A stretch of 64,000 bases of DNA from Lama glama (GCA_028534125.1 CM052818.1:37760001-37824000); one strand, 5' to 3'. Shown: positions 1 to 14,052, counted from the stretch's first letter. The notes: generated by a model from the sequence alone, not told the origin. Numbers and translations are program-made.

Positions 1-739
1 CAGTAGGTGGTTATTAAGTTATATTTATCCATTTTTTTCTATTGCATACAATATTTCCTGCATTTCTCAATAACTATAGGATTCATTATCAGATATAGGA
101 TTCTTGGATAAAAATGTATGAATATTTGAGGGCAACTTTGAGGCATATTTCCAAATTGAAATTTATTTTCAAGGTGATGTTTTACATCCCCCATAATATT
201 CTTTGCATATATCCATATATAATCATATATATCTATGTATATAAAGCATATAAATGTATACATGCATCTGTGTTTGCATATGTATACACATCTATAAATC
301 TTGAGAGCAAGAAAAGACAGAGAAACTGGGGAATTTGTGCTATGAATTATCATGACCTATCTTATGTCTGACTTAACTGTGGGGCTGAAACTGGTGTGTA
401 AGGGTAAGTGGTGTATGGTGGCTTAGTCTAATCCAAAAATTTATACTTTGCTGTGTGTGATATAAAGGCACTATTGTGGACCTGACCTGTATTTTACTTT
501 CCCTGCTTCTTTCACAAACATTTTTGTAACGAATGGAGCCAATGGGATTAACATTTTAGTAGGATATTACCATCATGTGAAAAGTTTCATGTGCAAATTC
601 ATCCAGAGGTCACAATAAAAACTCCGGCCTTTAATGGAATATGGTTTAAATTGTTGCTATTATTTCCTGAGAAGACAAATACTCCACTGAGGCTTTCTCG
701 TTAGTTGCAAAGGTTTATTCAGGGAAATCTATAATACTA

Positions 740-850
740 GCATTTATTGAATACTCTGGGTTAGGCACAGCGCTGGACACTATAGTTTATTTAGACTAAT
801 AAAGAAATGTCCCTTTTTTTTCCTGAAGCTCTTACTCTCTAAAAGGATAC
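740..850 (-). mobile_element. L2 LINE 3' end fragment
   Basis: catttattgaatactctgggttaggcacagcgctggacac resembles the reverse complement of the conserved L2 3' terminus. Confidence 0.6.
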
Positions 851-1559
851 TGAAAAGTTCATAGTGCTCTGCAGTAATAAAGATACCCATGAAGGTCTGT
901 GTGAGACCGCCTGGGACGCTAGGACTTTTAAGACTTAGCCTGTATTTTCCTCTTGAATTTCAACTAACATCTCCTTTCTTCCTTGGTCACTTTCCTCTGT
1001 CCTGTGGTGACTGAAATAGTGCCTTGGGTGGGCAAATAAAGGGCAAAGAAATCTAATTAAACAGAAGTCCTTTCTATCCGAGACTCTTTCTCCACTGAAT
1101 ATGCTAATTACCTTTAGATAAGATGAATTCAGGAACTTGGCAGCAAAATTTGCTAAGGTTACAGCCCTGCAGGGTGCATACCTGTTTTCCGTTTGCCAGT
1201 CAACGGGTTCATGCTGGCCATGAAACCAGGTCTGTTCCCAGAGTAAACTGGTGAAACCTCGTACGTTAACGCCACTCATTGCTGGTTTACCGGTGAGAAT
1301 AGCTGTGGTGCAGAGCCACTGATGTCTGCATCTCCAAAGTGGAGAAGGGTCAGGAATGCAGACAGGTGATCTGCAAGTTAAAGGATCCACAGACCCCAGT
1401 CTTAACTCAGGAAACTGTGAAGGTTATTATTTATAAGTCCTACTTTATAGTTTCTGTAAAATTGGGAACTGTCATTGTATCCTGCAACCCACAAACTGGC
1501 AAACGTTTTCAAGAACTTAAAGTATTACCTGGACATCTGCAGTGTCTAATGCGGAACAC

Positions 1560-3340
1560 AGCTCAGATGACAATGGCCTTCATCCTGGCACTAGTAACAG
1601 TAAAGGGAGACGATAAAGAGGTAAAATGATGGGAATGAAAGTCTGTTTATCGCTGCATTGGAAGTGAGTGTAAGAAATCCCAGCTATGGACTGAGGAACC
1701 AAAAGGCCAGCAACCGTCACATTTAAGGCTGTGGCCACCAAATACTTTCTCAGCTATAGCGCCAAATAGTCATCAAAGAGTTGCACTGCCTGTATGAGGT
1801 ATTAAAAGAGGAAACTCTAAAACTATAGGTGCATGTGAGAGGGTGGAGGAGATGGTGCAGAACAGGGGTTCAAGCAGACATTCCTTGCGTTTCTGTGAAG
1901 CTCAGCAAACAGGTATCCATCCAGGTCATCATAACAGATGCGGTGGCCAAGGACTAAATCCTATTGACAATCAATTATTGAGAACCATTTAAGAAAACAG
2001 GATTATGAAGAAAATCAAGAAAGAGAAGCCAGAGAGGTGGAAGGAAAGCCATAAAAAATTTGGTGTCACAGAACTCAGTGAAAGAACATGGAGTGATTAA
2101 AAACATCAAATATTAAGTAAGACTCAGAACGAAGAAGTGGGCTTGACAGCAGGGAGATCACAGAAATGATAGCAAACGTGAGCTGTCGGGAACCTGGTCG
2201 GGGAAAGCCAGATTGCTGCGAGTGGATGAGTGAATGGGAGATACGGAAGTTAAGAGACATGAGGAGTAGACACCGATTCCAAGATTATGTCATGGAATTC
2301 GATTTAGGATGAGAAAGAGCTGAGGATGTTTAAATGACATGGGATGCAATCAATGTACGGTAGCAAATAATTCCCCTATCGAAGGTGTCACACATTTCAG
2401 TCTCCCGTCTAGCCCTTCCATTTTCAAGCAGCATGACTTTGGATGTTTCTCCTGGTCTCAGTCTTTTCATCGGTAAATGTGTGTCAGCATACTCTCACCC
2501 CAAGTTAGCTAATTGTTTTCTTTGAAGGCACTGCAGAGAGAGGGTACAATCAAGGTCTGGGAAAGTAGAAGGCTACAGATCCCAGAACGCAGGTGAATGA
2601 ATTTATCTTGCAAAGGGGGAAGGTCTCTCTTACACTGTGGTGAACATAAGAGACAAAAATATGGGTACAGGTTCATTTACCCTTATGAGAGTGGTGTTGA
2701 CAGATTTCCAATTTTAATGGCATTTATTTTCTCTGAAATAAGAGATAGAGTGACTAGCTCCACACAGATTACAGAGTTGGTGGGTGGGAGTCTCGAGGGA
2801 GATGGTGTTGAAATAACCAGTGCAGTGATGGTGAGAAAACAAGGTTCCCAGATGGCCTTGGGTGCCCATTTTCATGCCAGTGAAAATATATTTCAAGGAA
2901 CAGCCCTTTGTGAGGCTCTCATGTTTCTCTGAACAGTGCACCTAGCCTGGCACTTGATTAAGGAAGGATGACAGCAGGTGTGGCCCAGAATTAGTGTTCT
3001 GTAAGGTGGATGCGAGAGAATGACAACAGACCAGGTGAAAGGAGGATACTGGAGAGTGGGTCGACTTGAAGTCCGTTCAAAATTGAGAAGGACAGGGGCA
3101 GAGCAGAATATGATATAGATAAAAAATGAGGAAGTAGGAAGGATAGAGGCACGGAGAATTTGGCTGGGTGAAAGGCAGGTTGGGAGTGAAACGAACTGGA
3201 GAACTCGGAGGGTAGGAAGTTGTATTAAAACACTAGGGCGTTTGTATTTTTATAAGTGAAACTTTCCCAGCATTTAAGATCCAGGGGTGTGCCAGGGTGA
3301 GTGGGTTTATCACCAGACTGGAGTTAGAGGTAATGGGACT
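1560..3340 (-). mobile_element. Degraded L2 LINE (several fragments, with a MIR-like piece near 2420-2520)
   Basis: Purine-rich L2-like blocks, e.g. agagaagccagagaggtggaagg and gggaaagccagattgctgcgagtggatgagtgaatgggaga; boundaries approximate. Confidence 0.55.
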
Positions 3341-5058
3341 CATTTTATGCATGTTGTCCTTACAGAATCATTAATGGTTCCCCTTTCAGTCTTTTTTTCT
3401 TAATCAGGGACTTAATACATCATGTATTTATTTGTAAGTCAATAAATAATATATGAATACTAAGTCTAAATTGTAAACAATCGAGACCACATTCGTAATC
3501 CGGGGGCATGTGGAATGCAACTCCATTTGCATATAGATGTGAGTGCTTTATCAACAGCATAACCCCTGCGTGCGTATACCCTGGTTATACATTGTTTATA
3601 AGCTCATTATTCCCACCGACTTTCCTTGGAAAGAATGAATTCTCCTTCCGTTCGATGTATTATACATTCCAAACTAACAGTTTTACCGTATTTGAGGGTC
3701 TCTCTTTGGCCAAGGACTGATTTCTTTAGCCATTTGTTTCTTACTGACATATGCACATATGGTAAGTCATGTGTGTGGGTGTGCGATTTTTGTTTTTGAA
3801 GTTCATAATAACAATATTCCGTTAATGACTAGTATACAAAACTGCTGTGCAAAATGACCTTTCGGTTCCAGTCTAAACTTACAGTTGAGTTTATGGCCTT
3901 CACGCAAGTATGTGCCACTGTCATACACAGGAGAAAAACGCTGGGAGACCCTACATATAAATGGAAATTTGCACTACTTTGCTTCGAATATGATTTACAT
4001 TTAAATATGAATCAAGAAGTTAACGTAGGAGACAGTTTGAGAGAGATTTTAGAATCCTATGTTCTGACTCTAGCTTTCATGAGGAAAATTGATGTATGAT
4101 TTCTGGATAATTTAGAAAAAAGTTACGACCTCTTTGGATAGTTTTAAAATGAACACTTTTTTTCTGTTAGCACTTTTCTTAATTCATTTTCTGAATTCAC
4201 TGGTTTCTAGAACTAGCCTTAAGCAAATGTCTGAAACTTGAGGAACTACCAGGAACCATGGAACCCAGACAAGAAGACACTTCAAAATGTCTTAGATTTG
4301 TTTTTAACTTAGGAGAAGCAATAGATTCTACTAAATTCTGAAGTCAAGTGTGCAAAAGGTCCTGATATAAAGAGCTGAACCCCCTCCCTGACCCACAACA
4401 ACTCCCTATTCTACTGCAGAGCCTTAAAAATTTCTGTCTTGTGGATAAATTATGGTTATTCTCAAACACTTCTCACTTGACAACATCTTTACCTCCAATT
4501 CTTTATATACCAAAGTAGCTGGAGAAAAAGAAGTACAGTTTAATTACATGGCACCAAATATAACTACCAATTTATTTTTTATCAAGAAAGTATTTTAAGA
4601 GTCTCTGAAAGAGCAGAGAACCTAAGAATCACAAGATTAAAGGGTATCTAAAATATTAATATGGACTATTTCACACAAAATTTTTCTCTTTACATGAGAA
4701 GTACTTAATAAATTACATTTAAATGATATATACATATATGGATAAGTGGATAAGATTTAAAATATAAGGAGTAGGAGTAAAGAAGGAACTGTATATTCAA
4801 AAGGAAATAAATATTCACTATCACCCCGAAGTAGATAAATTATACCATTAAGAGAAAAAATACATACATAGACTGAGATACTTTCTTGCTTTGATATGTG
4901 TAAAAAATAAAAATACATTTTATGTTTGTCTGAATGTTTAGGATTATACTGTTGGAAATGTATGCTCTACTTTTATGGACAGATCAACTAGGGGAGATGA
5001 GTTGGCATGATCATTTGAATTAGTTGTCTTCATAGTGGGCAGGGCTTACTTCTCTCTC

Positions 5059-5335
5059 TTTTTGAGATTTTCTGAGGTATAATTGATACATAAAAATTGC
5101 ATATATTTAATGTACACATCTTGATGAGTTTGAACATAAACACAGACCCATGATATTATCACCACAATCAAGGTACTACACTTAGCCATCACCTTCATCA
5201 ATTTCGTTCTTGCGCGTGTGTTAAGAACGCTCAACAGGAGATCTGTCCTCAACATATTTTAAGTGCACGATACTGTGTTCTGAACCACACATACTATGTC
5301 GTACAGCAGATTTCCAGCACTTATTCTCTTGCATA
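5059..5335 (-). mobile_element. 5'-truncated L1 3'UTR (old L1MA9/10-L1MB-like) inside the MDM2 retrocopy
   Basis: Typical L1M 3' end (gaggtataattgatacataaaaattgcatatatttaatgtacacatcttgatgagtttg); MDM2 RING sequence resumes on both sides. Confidence 0.85.
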
Positions 5336-5371
5336 CTTTTTCAAGCTTCTTTACACATGTGCAGCATGTCA

Positions 5372-5569
<198 letters not shown>

Positions 5570-5640
5570 TCACCTTCTTGGGACTGGGAGGCTCAGGTGA
5601 TCTTTATCATCATTTTCTTCAGCGTATGACTCTGAAATCA

Positions 5641-5787
<147 letters not shown>

Positions 5788-8114
5788 TCACAAAGGGTCC
5801 AACATCTGTTGCAAGGCAACAGAAGAGGGAGGTTTATTTCATTTCATAAAGGACACTTCCAGTAGTCAACTAAGGGAATTTCAGGATCTTCTTCAAGTTA
5901 ATCTATATCAGTCTCCCCTGTCTGATGGATGGTAACTTTATAAACCACATCATCTTCCTCTGAGAGTTATTCTTCTGCACTAAAAGGCTATATAATCTTC
6001 TGAATCGAGACTCAACTTCAAATTCTGCAGAGTTAATCTAAAACTGAATCCTGATCCAAGCATCTGAAGGTTCACTCACACCAGCATCAAGATTAGGATT
6101 TGATGGTGTCTCTGTGGAGTCACCGTTAATGTTTCACAACGTACGTCCCTCATTACACATAAAGCAAGGCTTGTACCAAAGAAAGAGAAATGCTATCAGA
6201 TTTCTGTGCTTTCTTTCTCATTCACCAGGTAATTCATCTGAATTTTCTTCTCATTGAAAGTCATCTCTTCTTCCTCTAAATTCCCAAAACATTCACATCC
6301 CAGTCTCCTGGGGCGCTGACCACACTAAGGCTGGAGAAGTCTCCCCAGGTGAAGGGGGCGGTTAGGGATAGCCCTCTCCTGGGCTTCCCTGCCCATCTTC
6401 CTTCCAGGCACTCAGCTTTCACAGGCCTCAGAGATGCCAGTTCACTCAAGTCCCCCAGTGCCTCGCTGGACATTGGCACTTGTGCACTCAGTGCCCTGCC
6501 ACCATCCTCGACCAAGTACCCCTTTCATTTTCAAAACTGTCCAAGTTTGCACACAAATTCTCTTTTCATGCTATGTAAAAGTCACTGAAAATTATGAAGC
6601 TGAGGAAGAGGGAAGGCAGAATGCTTGACGGATCATCTAAGTGGGTGTAGAGTCCATGGCAACAAGGGAAAAAAGGGGGGCTTAGTAAGAATACTCATAA
6701 ACGAGTGCATAGCAATAAAGCATAATTAGGTGAAAGCTAAAAACTTAAATTTAAGTCTTCACACACTATAGACAACATGCCGAGTAGAACACCTGGGAAC
6801 CTAACACGTAACAGCATCTCACACTCACTGTGGTGAATGATTCTATGAGATGCTGCTCTGATTTAATTACCTTCAAAAGTCCAAGTCTGATTCCTTCCAA
6901 AATTTAGCATCTATTGCAAGCCTAACAAGTGAAAACTTGAAGCTGGAGAACAGAGCCATTACTGAAATAAAAGTAATCAACAAACTCTTACAGATTTAAA
7001 GCAATGATTCACAGAGGATTTCATACAAAACTCCCATTAATGCTAATGAAATTGGGTAAGTTACAGGCTGAAACTCTTCTATACATTGATAGGTGACTAG
7101 TTCCCTGAGGTACTTACTTAGATGAGGGAACTTAATTTTCTCTCCACTAATCCTCTCTGGATGAAAAGTAAGAAATCATGCTTCGTAGGTTCAATTTCTT
7201 TTTAAAGTAGATGGCAGAAATTCAGAAGCATGGGAGTGGATTCATCGAATGCCACATTAGAACACTGTGTAGCTCATTTTTGACCAGTCAAACCATCTTC
7301 CATTCGGATGGATACCACTTGGCCAAAGTCTTGAGAAGTCAGTCCTGTTTGAGGCTCTGAAAGTCAGTCATTAAGTTCATTCAGTCTTGCTTCTTCGAAA
7401 CTCTAGAAAAAGAAACTGCAATTATGTGAGGGAACAAGTTGAGAAGAAATAGAAATTCCTAATTGCTATAGTAGGAATTGAAGAGTGCTATCACTGATTT
7501 AATTAGCTGCCGAGGGAAGGAGAGATCATGAAATGTTGAGTTAGAAACAACATAAGATTATTCAAAGACTTTTACAAAATGATAGGACAGGTAGAATTAA
7601 GTTTCTGGAACAGAAATGGTTTTTGTGTGTTTTTCAGAAGAAAGGAGCAACTTTCACTACCATGTCACTGTTTTTGCCACATAATGATCATTCTAATAAC
7701 ATCAGCTTGGTTGTATGCAATTCTGGACTAGCGCCAAATAAATTTTCTATTCACCTTCTCAAGTATTACAACTTCTTAGTATATAGGTACCGTGTATATA
7801 GGTAGTATGTGTAGGTTGTGGTCTTATTTTATAATTGACATAATGAGGCTCACTTTGGTAAGTTACCCCATAGAATAAAAGTGGTAAGCCCTAAAAATAA
7901 AACTCATTGTAAATAAAATAAGTACGCTGATTCTGATGACGAGGTTGATGTCATGGAAAGCAAATCTTAAAGTCTCGTGTAGCTGACCTTCGTTCTTTGA
8001 CAGCTGATGCAATCAAGCCTTAAAATGGGAATTTTCTAAAAATCGTAACTTGGGATTCTAATGGCAGACGAATTCTAGTGTCTTGACTTTTAGTTAGTGG
8101 TATTTAGAAACGTT

Positions 8115-8436
8115 TAAAAAAACAAAAACAAACAAACAAACAAAAACAAAGCATAAATACAGGACGGAAATAGACTCATGGACAGAGAATACAGACTTGT
8201 GGTTACCGGGGTGGGGGGCGGGGTAGAGGGTGGGAAGAGATAGACTGGGATTTCAAAATTGTAGAACAGATAAACAAGATTACACTGTATAGCACAGGGA
8301 AATATACACAAAATGTTATGATAAATCACAGAGAAAAAAATGTGACAATGAGTGTGTATATGTCCATGTATGACTGAAAAATTGTACTGAACACTGGAAT
8401 TTGACACAACACTGTAAAATGATTATGAATCAATAA
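8115..8436 (+). mobile_element. Young camelid-type L1 3' end (L1_Vpa-like) running into the gap
   Basis: ggaaatagactcatggacagagaatacagacttgtggttacc, G-rich tract, and ...gacacaacactgtaaaatgattatgaatcaataa terminus. Confidence 0.85.
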
Positions 8437-8936
8437 NNNNNNNNNNNNNNNNNNNNNNNNNNNNNNNNNNNNNNNNNNNNNNNNNNNNNNNNNNNNNNNN
8501 NNNNNNNNNNNNNNNNNNNNNNNNNNNNNNNNNNNNNNNNNNNNNNNNNNNNNNNNNNNNNNNNNNNNNNNNNNNNNNNNNNNNNNNNNNNNNNNNNNNN
8601 NNNNNNNNNNNNNNNNNNNNNNNNNNNNNNNNNNNNNNNNNNNNNNNNNNNNNNNNNNNNNNNNNNNNNNNNNNNNNNNNNNNNNNNNNNNNNNNNNNNN
8701 NNNNNNNNNNNNNNNNNNNNNNNNNNNNNNNNNNNNNNNNNNNNNNNNNNNNNNNNNNNNNNNNNNNNNNNNNNNNNNNNNNNNNNNNNNNNNNNNNNNN
8801 NNNNNNNNNNNNNNNNNNNNNNNNNNNNNNNNNNNNNNNNNNNNNNNNNNNNNNNNNNNNNNNNNNNNNNNNNNNNNNNNNNNNNNNNNNNNNNNNNNNN
8901 NNNNNNNNNNNNNNNNNNNNNNNNNNNNNNNNNNNN
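8437..8936. other. Assembly gap (500 N)
   Basis: Run of exactly 500 N. Confidence 1.
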
Positions 8937-9979
8937 TGTATATCAATTGATTGTTGGGTGTTAAAACAGAAGTAAAAAGAACTTGTGCAGGAATATTGAG
9001 CTTCTCCAAGGTAATATTTTTCTTTCAAAATACCAACAGTAAGATACCATCTGACACATTAAAAGTTCTGGAGGCAAAAAAGCTTATTTAAAATACACTA
9101 TTGTGACACCCTAAGTGAAGGAATCTCTAAGAAGAGAAAGCTGAAAAATAAGCCAAAAGAAAAATCATCGTACAAAAGGATAACTAAGTTTAAAGCACAG
9201 ACATGATAACTAAGCCTAGAACAGAACGTCTTTGATCCTAAACACATATCCAGAAACCATCAAAGACAAATGTTACAGGTAAAAGCAATAAAAAGGATTA
9301 CCTCGAGAGGAAGGAAAGGCACATATTTAGATGCACTGTTAGAAGAGAAAACAAAACCAGGGAAGCAGTGAAAGATCTGAAAATTGAAAGGGAAAATCAA
9401 ATCGGTGCCTTTTCTGCCTCATCCATCTGCCGGCAGCCAGACAGCACACTTTGGAGTCCAATGGAGTGAAAACAAGATTGGGCAACTTCAGCAGAAACAC
9501 ATCCTCTCCATTTTTAAAATAATGAAAACAGTAACAGAGGCATGACCAGGAACCAAACAGGAGAAACACCCAGGAAATTGCACAGGGGACAGTCAGGGAG
9601 GCAGTAAAAGAGAGTTTATTCATTGGAATGAAAATTCAGCATGGCTGGACTAGGTTACATGTTTCAATGGCCTGAAAAAAGAAAATGGGTTGAGAAAAAT
9701 GTGAATTATCTAATGATCACGTTTAGTCAAGCAAGAAAAAGGTCCTGGGCTGCTTGGGAAGAGCTGGGTCTAGTTCTGAAGTGATATAATTAGATTGTTT
9801 AAATTCCTGATCATGGCACCAAGAATCCTCACCATCTGTCTGCCCAGAGGATCCCTCTCACTGCACTTCCTCCCAGGAATGGGCTGTCTTTGTCACAGCT
9901 GCCCCTGAGAATAAACCCAGACACTTTACTGAGGTTTGAAAGAACCTAGGTTTTCTGGACCATGCCTTCATGCCAGCCT

Positions 9980-10385
9980 CTCTCCCATCATTCTCCCCGG
10001 TGTTTGCTAAACATCAGCCACTCTTTCCTTCTACCAAGACTTGAAGCTCCACCATCAAATTTGTGTCTTTACACATGTTATTCCAACTGGAAAAAGTTAT
10101 CTCCATTTCCCCTGCTCCGGATATCACCTGATCTGAGAGGTTGTCCCTGACTATACCATCCTCCCCTTCAAAGTTAAATCACATTGTTAATTACCTCGTA
10201 AAATGTATAAACATTTGAAATGAGCATGTATAATTATTTGATTACTTTTTTTATGATTCCTAAAAAATATAAACTCTAAGAAAGCAGAAACCTAGTTTTT
10301 CACCATGCAATCCTAAACAACTGGAAAAGCAAATATTGTATAATAGAAATTCTGTAAATGTTTCTTTAATTAAGGAATTGATTGG
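9980..10385 (+). mobile_element. L2 3' portion
   Basis: tataaactctaagaaagcagaaacc...ctgtaaatgtttctttaattaaggaa resembles the L2 3' end. Confidence 0.55.
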
Positions 10386-10454
10386 CAGAGAAACAGTGAT
10401 CATCCTAGCCTTGAAGCAAGGATGAGGAAAAACAGATACATCATTTCAGGAAAG

Positions 10455-10655
10455 GAGCTAGGTATGTTATATACATTATATCATTTAATCCTCCACCAAA
10501 CCTAAGACATAGGTATTATTATCCTCACTTTACAGATAACAGTGGAGGCTAAAAACAATGAAAGAACTTAACCTAAGTCATGTAATTCTTAAGAGGAAAT
10601 AGTTGGTTTCAAATGTGATTCTGAATTTCATGTTCTACCCACTTTACCACACTGA
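10455..10655 (-). mobile_element. MIR SINE
   Basis: MIR core tcatttaatcctc...ggtattattatcctcactttacagat. Confidence 0.8.
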
Positions 10656-11304
10656 CCCTTCATTATTCTAGTCATTTCCTTCTCTAATTAGCTCATTTTG
10701 CAACATCTTCTGTGAAGCAGACTATTTATCATAACCTTTTCCCTTGTGTGATATCTTGTTCTGATCATCAATTGGACTTCTAGGAGAAATACATAGACTG
10801 GAGATGCTAGCTATGGTTTATCTATCTACTCTAGTTCTCTGACTGAGCAATAAAGTCATTCAGGGCAATGATCTTGTCTATTTCTTTGCCTGCCCCATTT
10901 TGCCCCTGGCCCCACTACACCCCCCACAAGCCCGTTACCTCCTGTACCTCCTTCCCTCTTGTATCCCCCACATGCCTATGTCTTCTGCATCCTGATGTGT
11001 TCTGCCCTAACTTGCAGCACAATTGTCTACACATCAAGATAATAAGTTAGCATAAAAGTAAGAGAAATCAGAGGAAACTTTCTTATTTCTAGATACTTGT
11101 TCATCATTTGGGGCATAAAGGGAAGAATGAACAGGACAGCAAAATTATTTAGAGTGAGTGATAGTCTCAACTGCTTCATTTGTTCATGCCTGGTAACCAG
11201 AGCCTCACTCAAGTCTCTGAGCTCATCTTCCTTCAAACAAAAACTTATGTAGTAGTTTATAAGCAGGTGTTTCAGACCTAATTTATCTGTTTAATTTACC
11301 TGTC

Positions 11305-11435
11305 TAATCCTAGAATCTTTATCTCTAAAACTGAGCTATTAAAACATCTATTTCAAAAGATTCTTGTGAGGAACAATTAATCTAATATATGTAAATATTC
11401 CACCAAAAGGGTGGGGCCATAGAAAGCATTCGATA
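11305..11435 (+). mobile_element. MIR SINE 3' part
   Basis: atctctaaaactgag...gattcttgtgaggaacaattaatctaatatatgtaaa. Confidence 0.55.
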
Positions 11436-12241
11436 GCTACAGTGTTCAAAATTTATAGAAGTCCCACCTCTACCCCTCTGGAGGCAGGGTTTATGCTTTG
11501 GGGAGATTCCCTTTTGTCTTAGAAGATTTTCTCAGATTTCTCCAAAGGCTCTCAAAGTTAATAAAAGGTTTACTTGTTTTTAAGAGATGGTACCCATCTG
11601 GGGGGAAAGTATATTATTCCTTTTCAAAAGATTTGATACTGACCTCTGAGTAAACAAAAGGACAAACGTCCTCATTACAAAGAAAGAGTTTTATTACCAC
11701 TCGTTCCCTTGTGTGGCTTTTTAACTTCTCAGTAATTTTAAAAATGATTTTCCTGATTATATGTATGAGCTCTCTTTCATACATGGATTTAACATCCACA
11801 GTATTGATAATTTGCAAATATGATGGACACCACTAGTTCTCACTGATAACTGGATATCTGTTCCATTTTGTGCACATGTGAGTCTGAAGTCCCTCAGCCT
11901 TGCAGTTAGGTAGGGCCCTCTAAGAACCAATGAAATGAGAGCAAAAGTAGCATCTGTTAGTGGCTGATGCAATGAAGAGCCCTGGGAGATTCTCCAGTAT
12001 CGTGTTCCTCTGCCCCTCCTGTGGCAGGCAAAGCCTTGTGCTCCCAAGGCAGAACCAAAGAACAGAAGCAGCATGGGTTACTGAGCTACTGAGTGGCGGT
12101 CAAGTGCCTTGGAGAGTCCTGCAGATTTTCAATACATTTTACATCAGTGGGGTGGGTGGTGGTGGTGAAATGCTTTTGTTGTCTTAAGTCAATGAAATTA
12201 GAGGGTTGTTTCGGTTATCATAGTGTATTCTAACATGCGTG

Positions 12242-12826
12242 TGCAGGAAAGAGTCAATTCATCAGGTCTGAGTTGCTAAAAACTTGTGCATTCCCAGACA
12301 AACTGATTTTCTTGGCTGGTCCTTGGTGGGTTACTGGAAATGGTATGTTTGAAATGTTCTGATAAGTGTGTTTTGCATGTCTGGAGCTTTGAAGGAAACT
12401 CTACCAGTTTGTCCAGCTTGTGGGAGCAATGTGGTTTGTGGTAGACACCTGCCTTCTTTTCGATAGTCTCTTGTTTTGTTAATCGCAGCCAGTCATGAAG
12501 GCAGTGTGTGCTTGCGTGATCAACCCCCAATGAAAATGTAAGGCTCTTGGGCTCAAGAAAACTTCCTAGCAGACAACACTTCACATAGTCTGCTACAGTT
12601 TACAGCAGGAAGAATTAAGTGTGTCTTGGGTGATTCCAGTGGGAGAAAACCCTTGGAAGCTTGTTCCTGGTTTCCTTCAGACTTTGCCTGATGCACTATT
12701 TCCTGATTTTGCTTTGTATCTTTTCACTATGGTGATAAACCACAGCCATGAGTATGATGACTTCTGAGTTCTCAGTCCTTTTAGTGAATCACTAAGCCTA
12801 GGGTGATCTTATGAACCACCAAGACA
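12242..12826 (+). mobile_element. MER21-like solo LTR inserted near the 3' end of the MLT1 5' LTR
   Basis: TG...CA ends; MER21-type motifs gtgatcaacccccaatgaaaa, agacaacacttcaca, ggaagcttgttcctggtttcc, ataaaccacagccatgagtat. Confidence 0.75.
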
Positions 12827-13629
12827 CTCCTCTCACTGATACAGAAAATTGGTACTGGAAGTGGGGTCCTGTCATCGCAAAAACCTAATATATGTGACAC
12901 TGCTGTTATAGGTGCCTGAAAATATGATGATTTATATTTAAAACTGGCAGAACATTTGTCATATATGATACAGTGATAAAACTCTTGCCTGGGGTAATTT
13001 AAGCATTAGATCATGTAAGTGATGAACTTTCCCTCTTGAACTGAGAGTCTAGAGGAAATGATTGGAAAATTGAATTTTATTAGTGTATTTTGAATAAAAT
13101 AGGCCAGATTTTATATTATGTTTCAAGAAAGTGATGAACTCAGAAAATAACTGGCTATGGAAAGGAATAATGGGATCACAAACATTCCAGGTTTTGCAAT
13201 ATTGGGGAAGTTGATTGCTTTTGATCCCAAACTATAAGTGATGAATATAATAAAAACTTTGAAAGTGAAAAATCTGTAAAAAATTTAGCCATCTAACAAT
13301 GAATAAATTAAAGGCCTTCCTGCCTTTTATTAAAACTTCTCAAAAGACTAAAAGTGCCTTGAAACAAAGATTAGATTAAAGGTCAATGCCCAGAAATTAA
13401 TATCAATATTTAAAATATGTTGAGGTAAAGATCACATTTATTTTTGATGTAGCCTTTTCATCTACTAGGCAAAATAGACTCAGTAGGTTGATAGAAAAAA
13501 TCAAGAGGACAAAAAAATAAGTAAATAAAATCAGAGAAATTACTGGACCTAGGAATCTGTAAAAAAAAAATGTATGTTTCCTGGTACATGGATCTAATGG
13601 ATTCAAATATGTAAGAACCCTACCATGCA

Positions 13630-13674
13630 TGTGTGTGTGTGTGCATGCACGTGTGTGTGTGTATGTGTGTGTGT
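13630..13674. repeat. Imperfect (TG)n microsatellite
   Basis: Read directly. Confidence 0.9.
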
Positions 13675-13879
13675 AGTATCACGTTGCTAAAGAAACTTGC
13701 AGCTTAGACTAAAACAAAGCCTGTGATTCCTTGAGGCTTAAAAATGACTTTTGCATTTGTCAAAAATATTAATTATGTCCAGCTACTCCAGGGATTACCT
13801 CTAACAATTCTTGAAACAATTCCTTTAACTCAGAAGTATAAAGACAATAGAAGTAAAGGAAACATTACAAATTGGTATC

Positions 13880-14052
13880 AGAGCAGAACAGAGTCTGAAT
13901 CCAAGTCCCATTATGGGCTAGCCATGGAACCCTGGGCAATTGAAACAGGAATCATTAAAATACCATTTCAAAAAGCTATTGTGAGGATTAAATGCATGCA
14001 ATTGCTCAGTATAATTTTGATCACGTTGAAAGCATCCAATAAATGTTAACAT
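13880..14052 (+). mobile_element. MIR SINE within the MLT1 internal region
   Basis: ctattgtgaggattaaatg and ccaataaatgttaac are MIR core and 3' motifs. Confidence 0.65.

Noticed and set aside
6515..6560. MER94/Blackjack-like transposon end near the MDM2 retrocopy
   Set aside because: Only about 45 bp of resemblance; too short to call without a profile search.
7923..7970. Protein-like peptide YADSDDEVDVMESKS* as a terminal exon
   Set aside because: No polypyrimidine tract upstream, too short, and no recognisable homolog.
8326..9028. Long ORFs of 201 and 227 aa
   Set aside because: Artefacts of translation through the 500-N gap.
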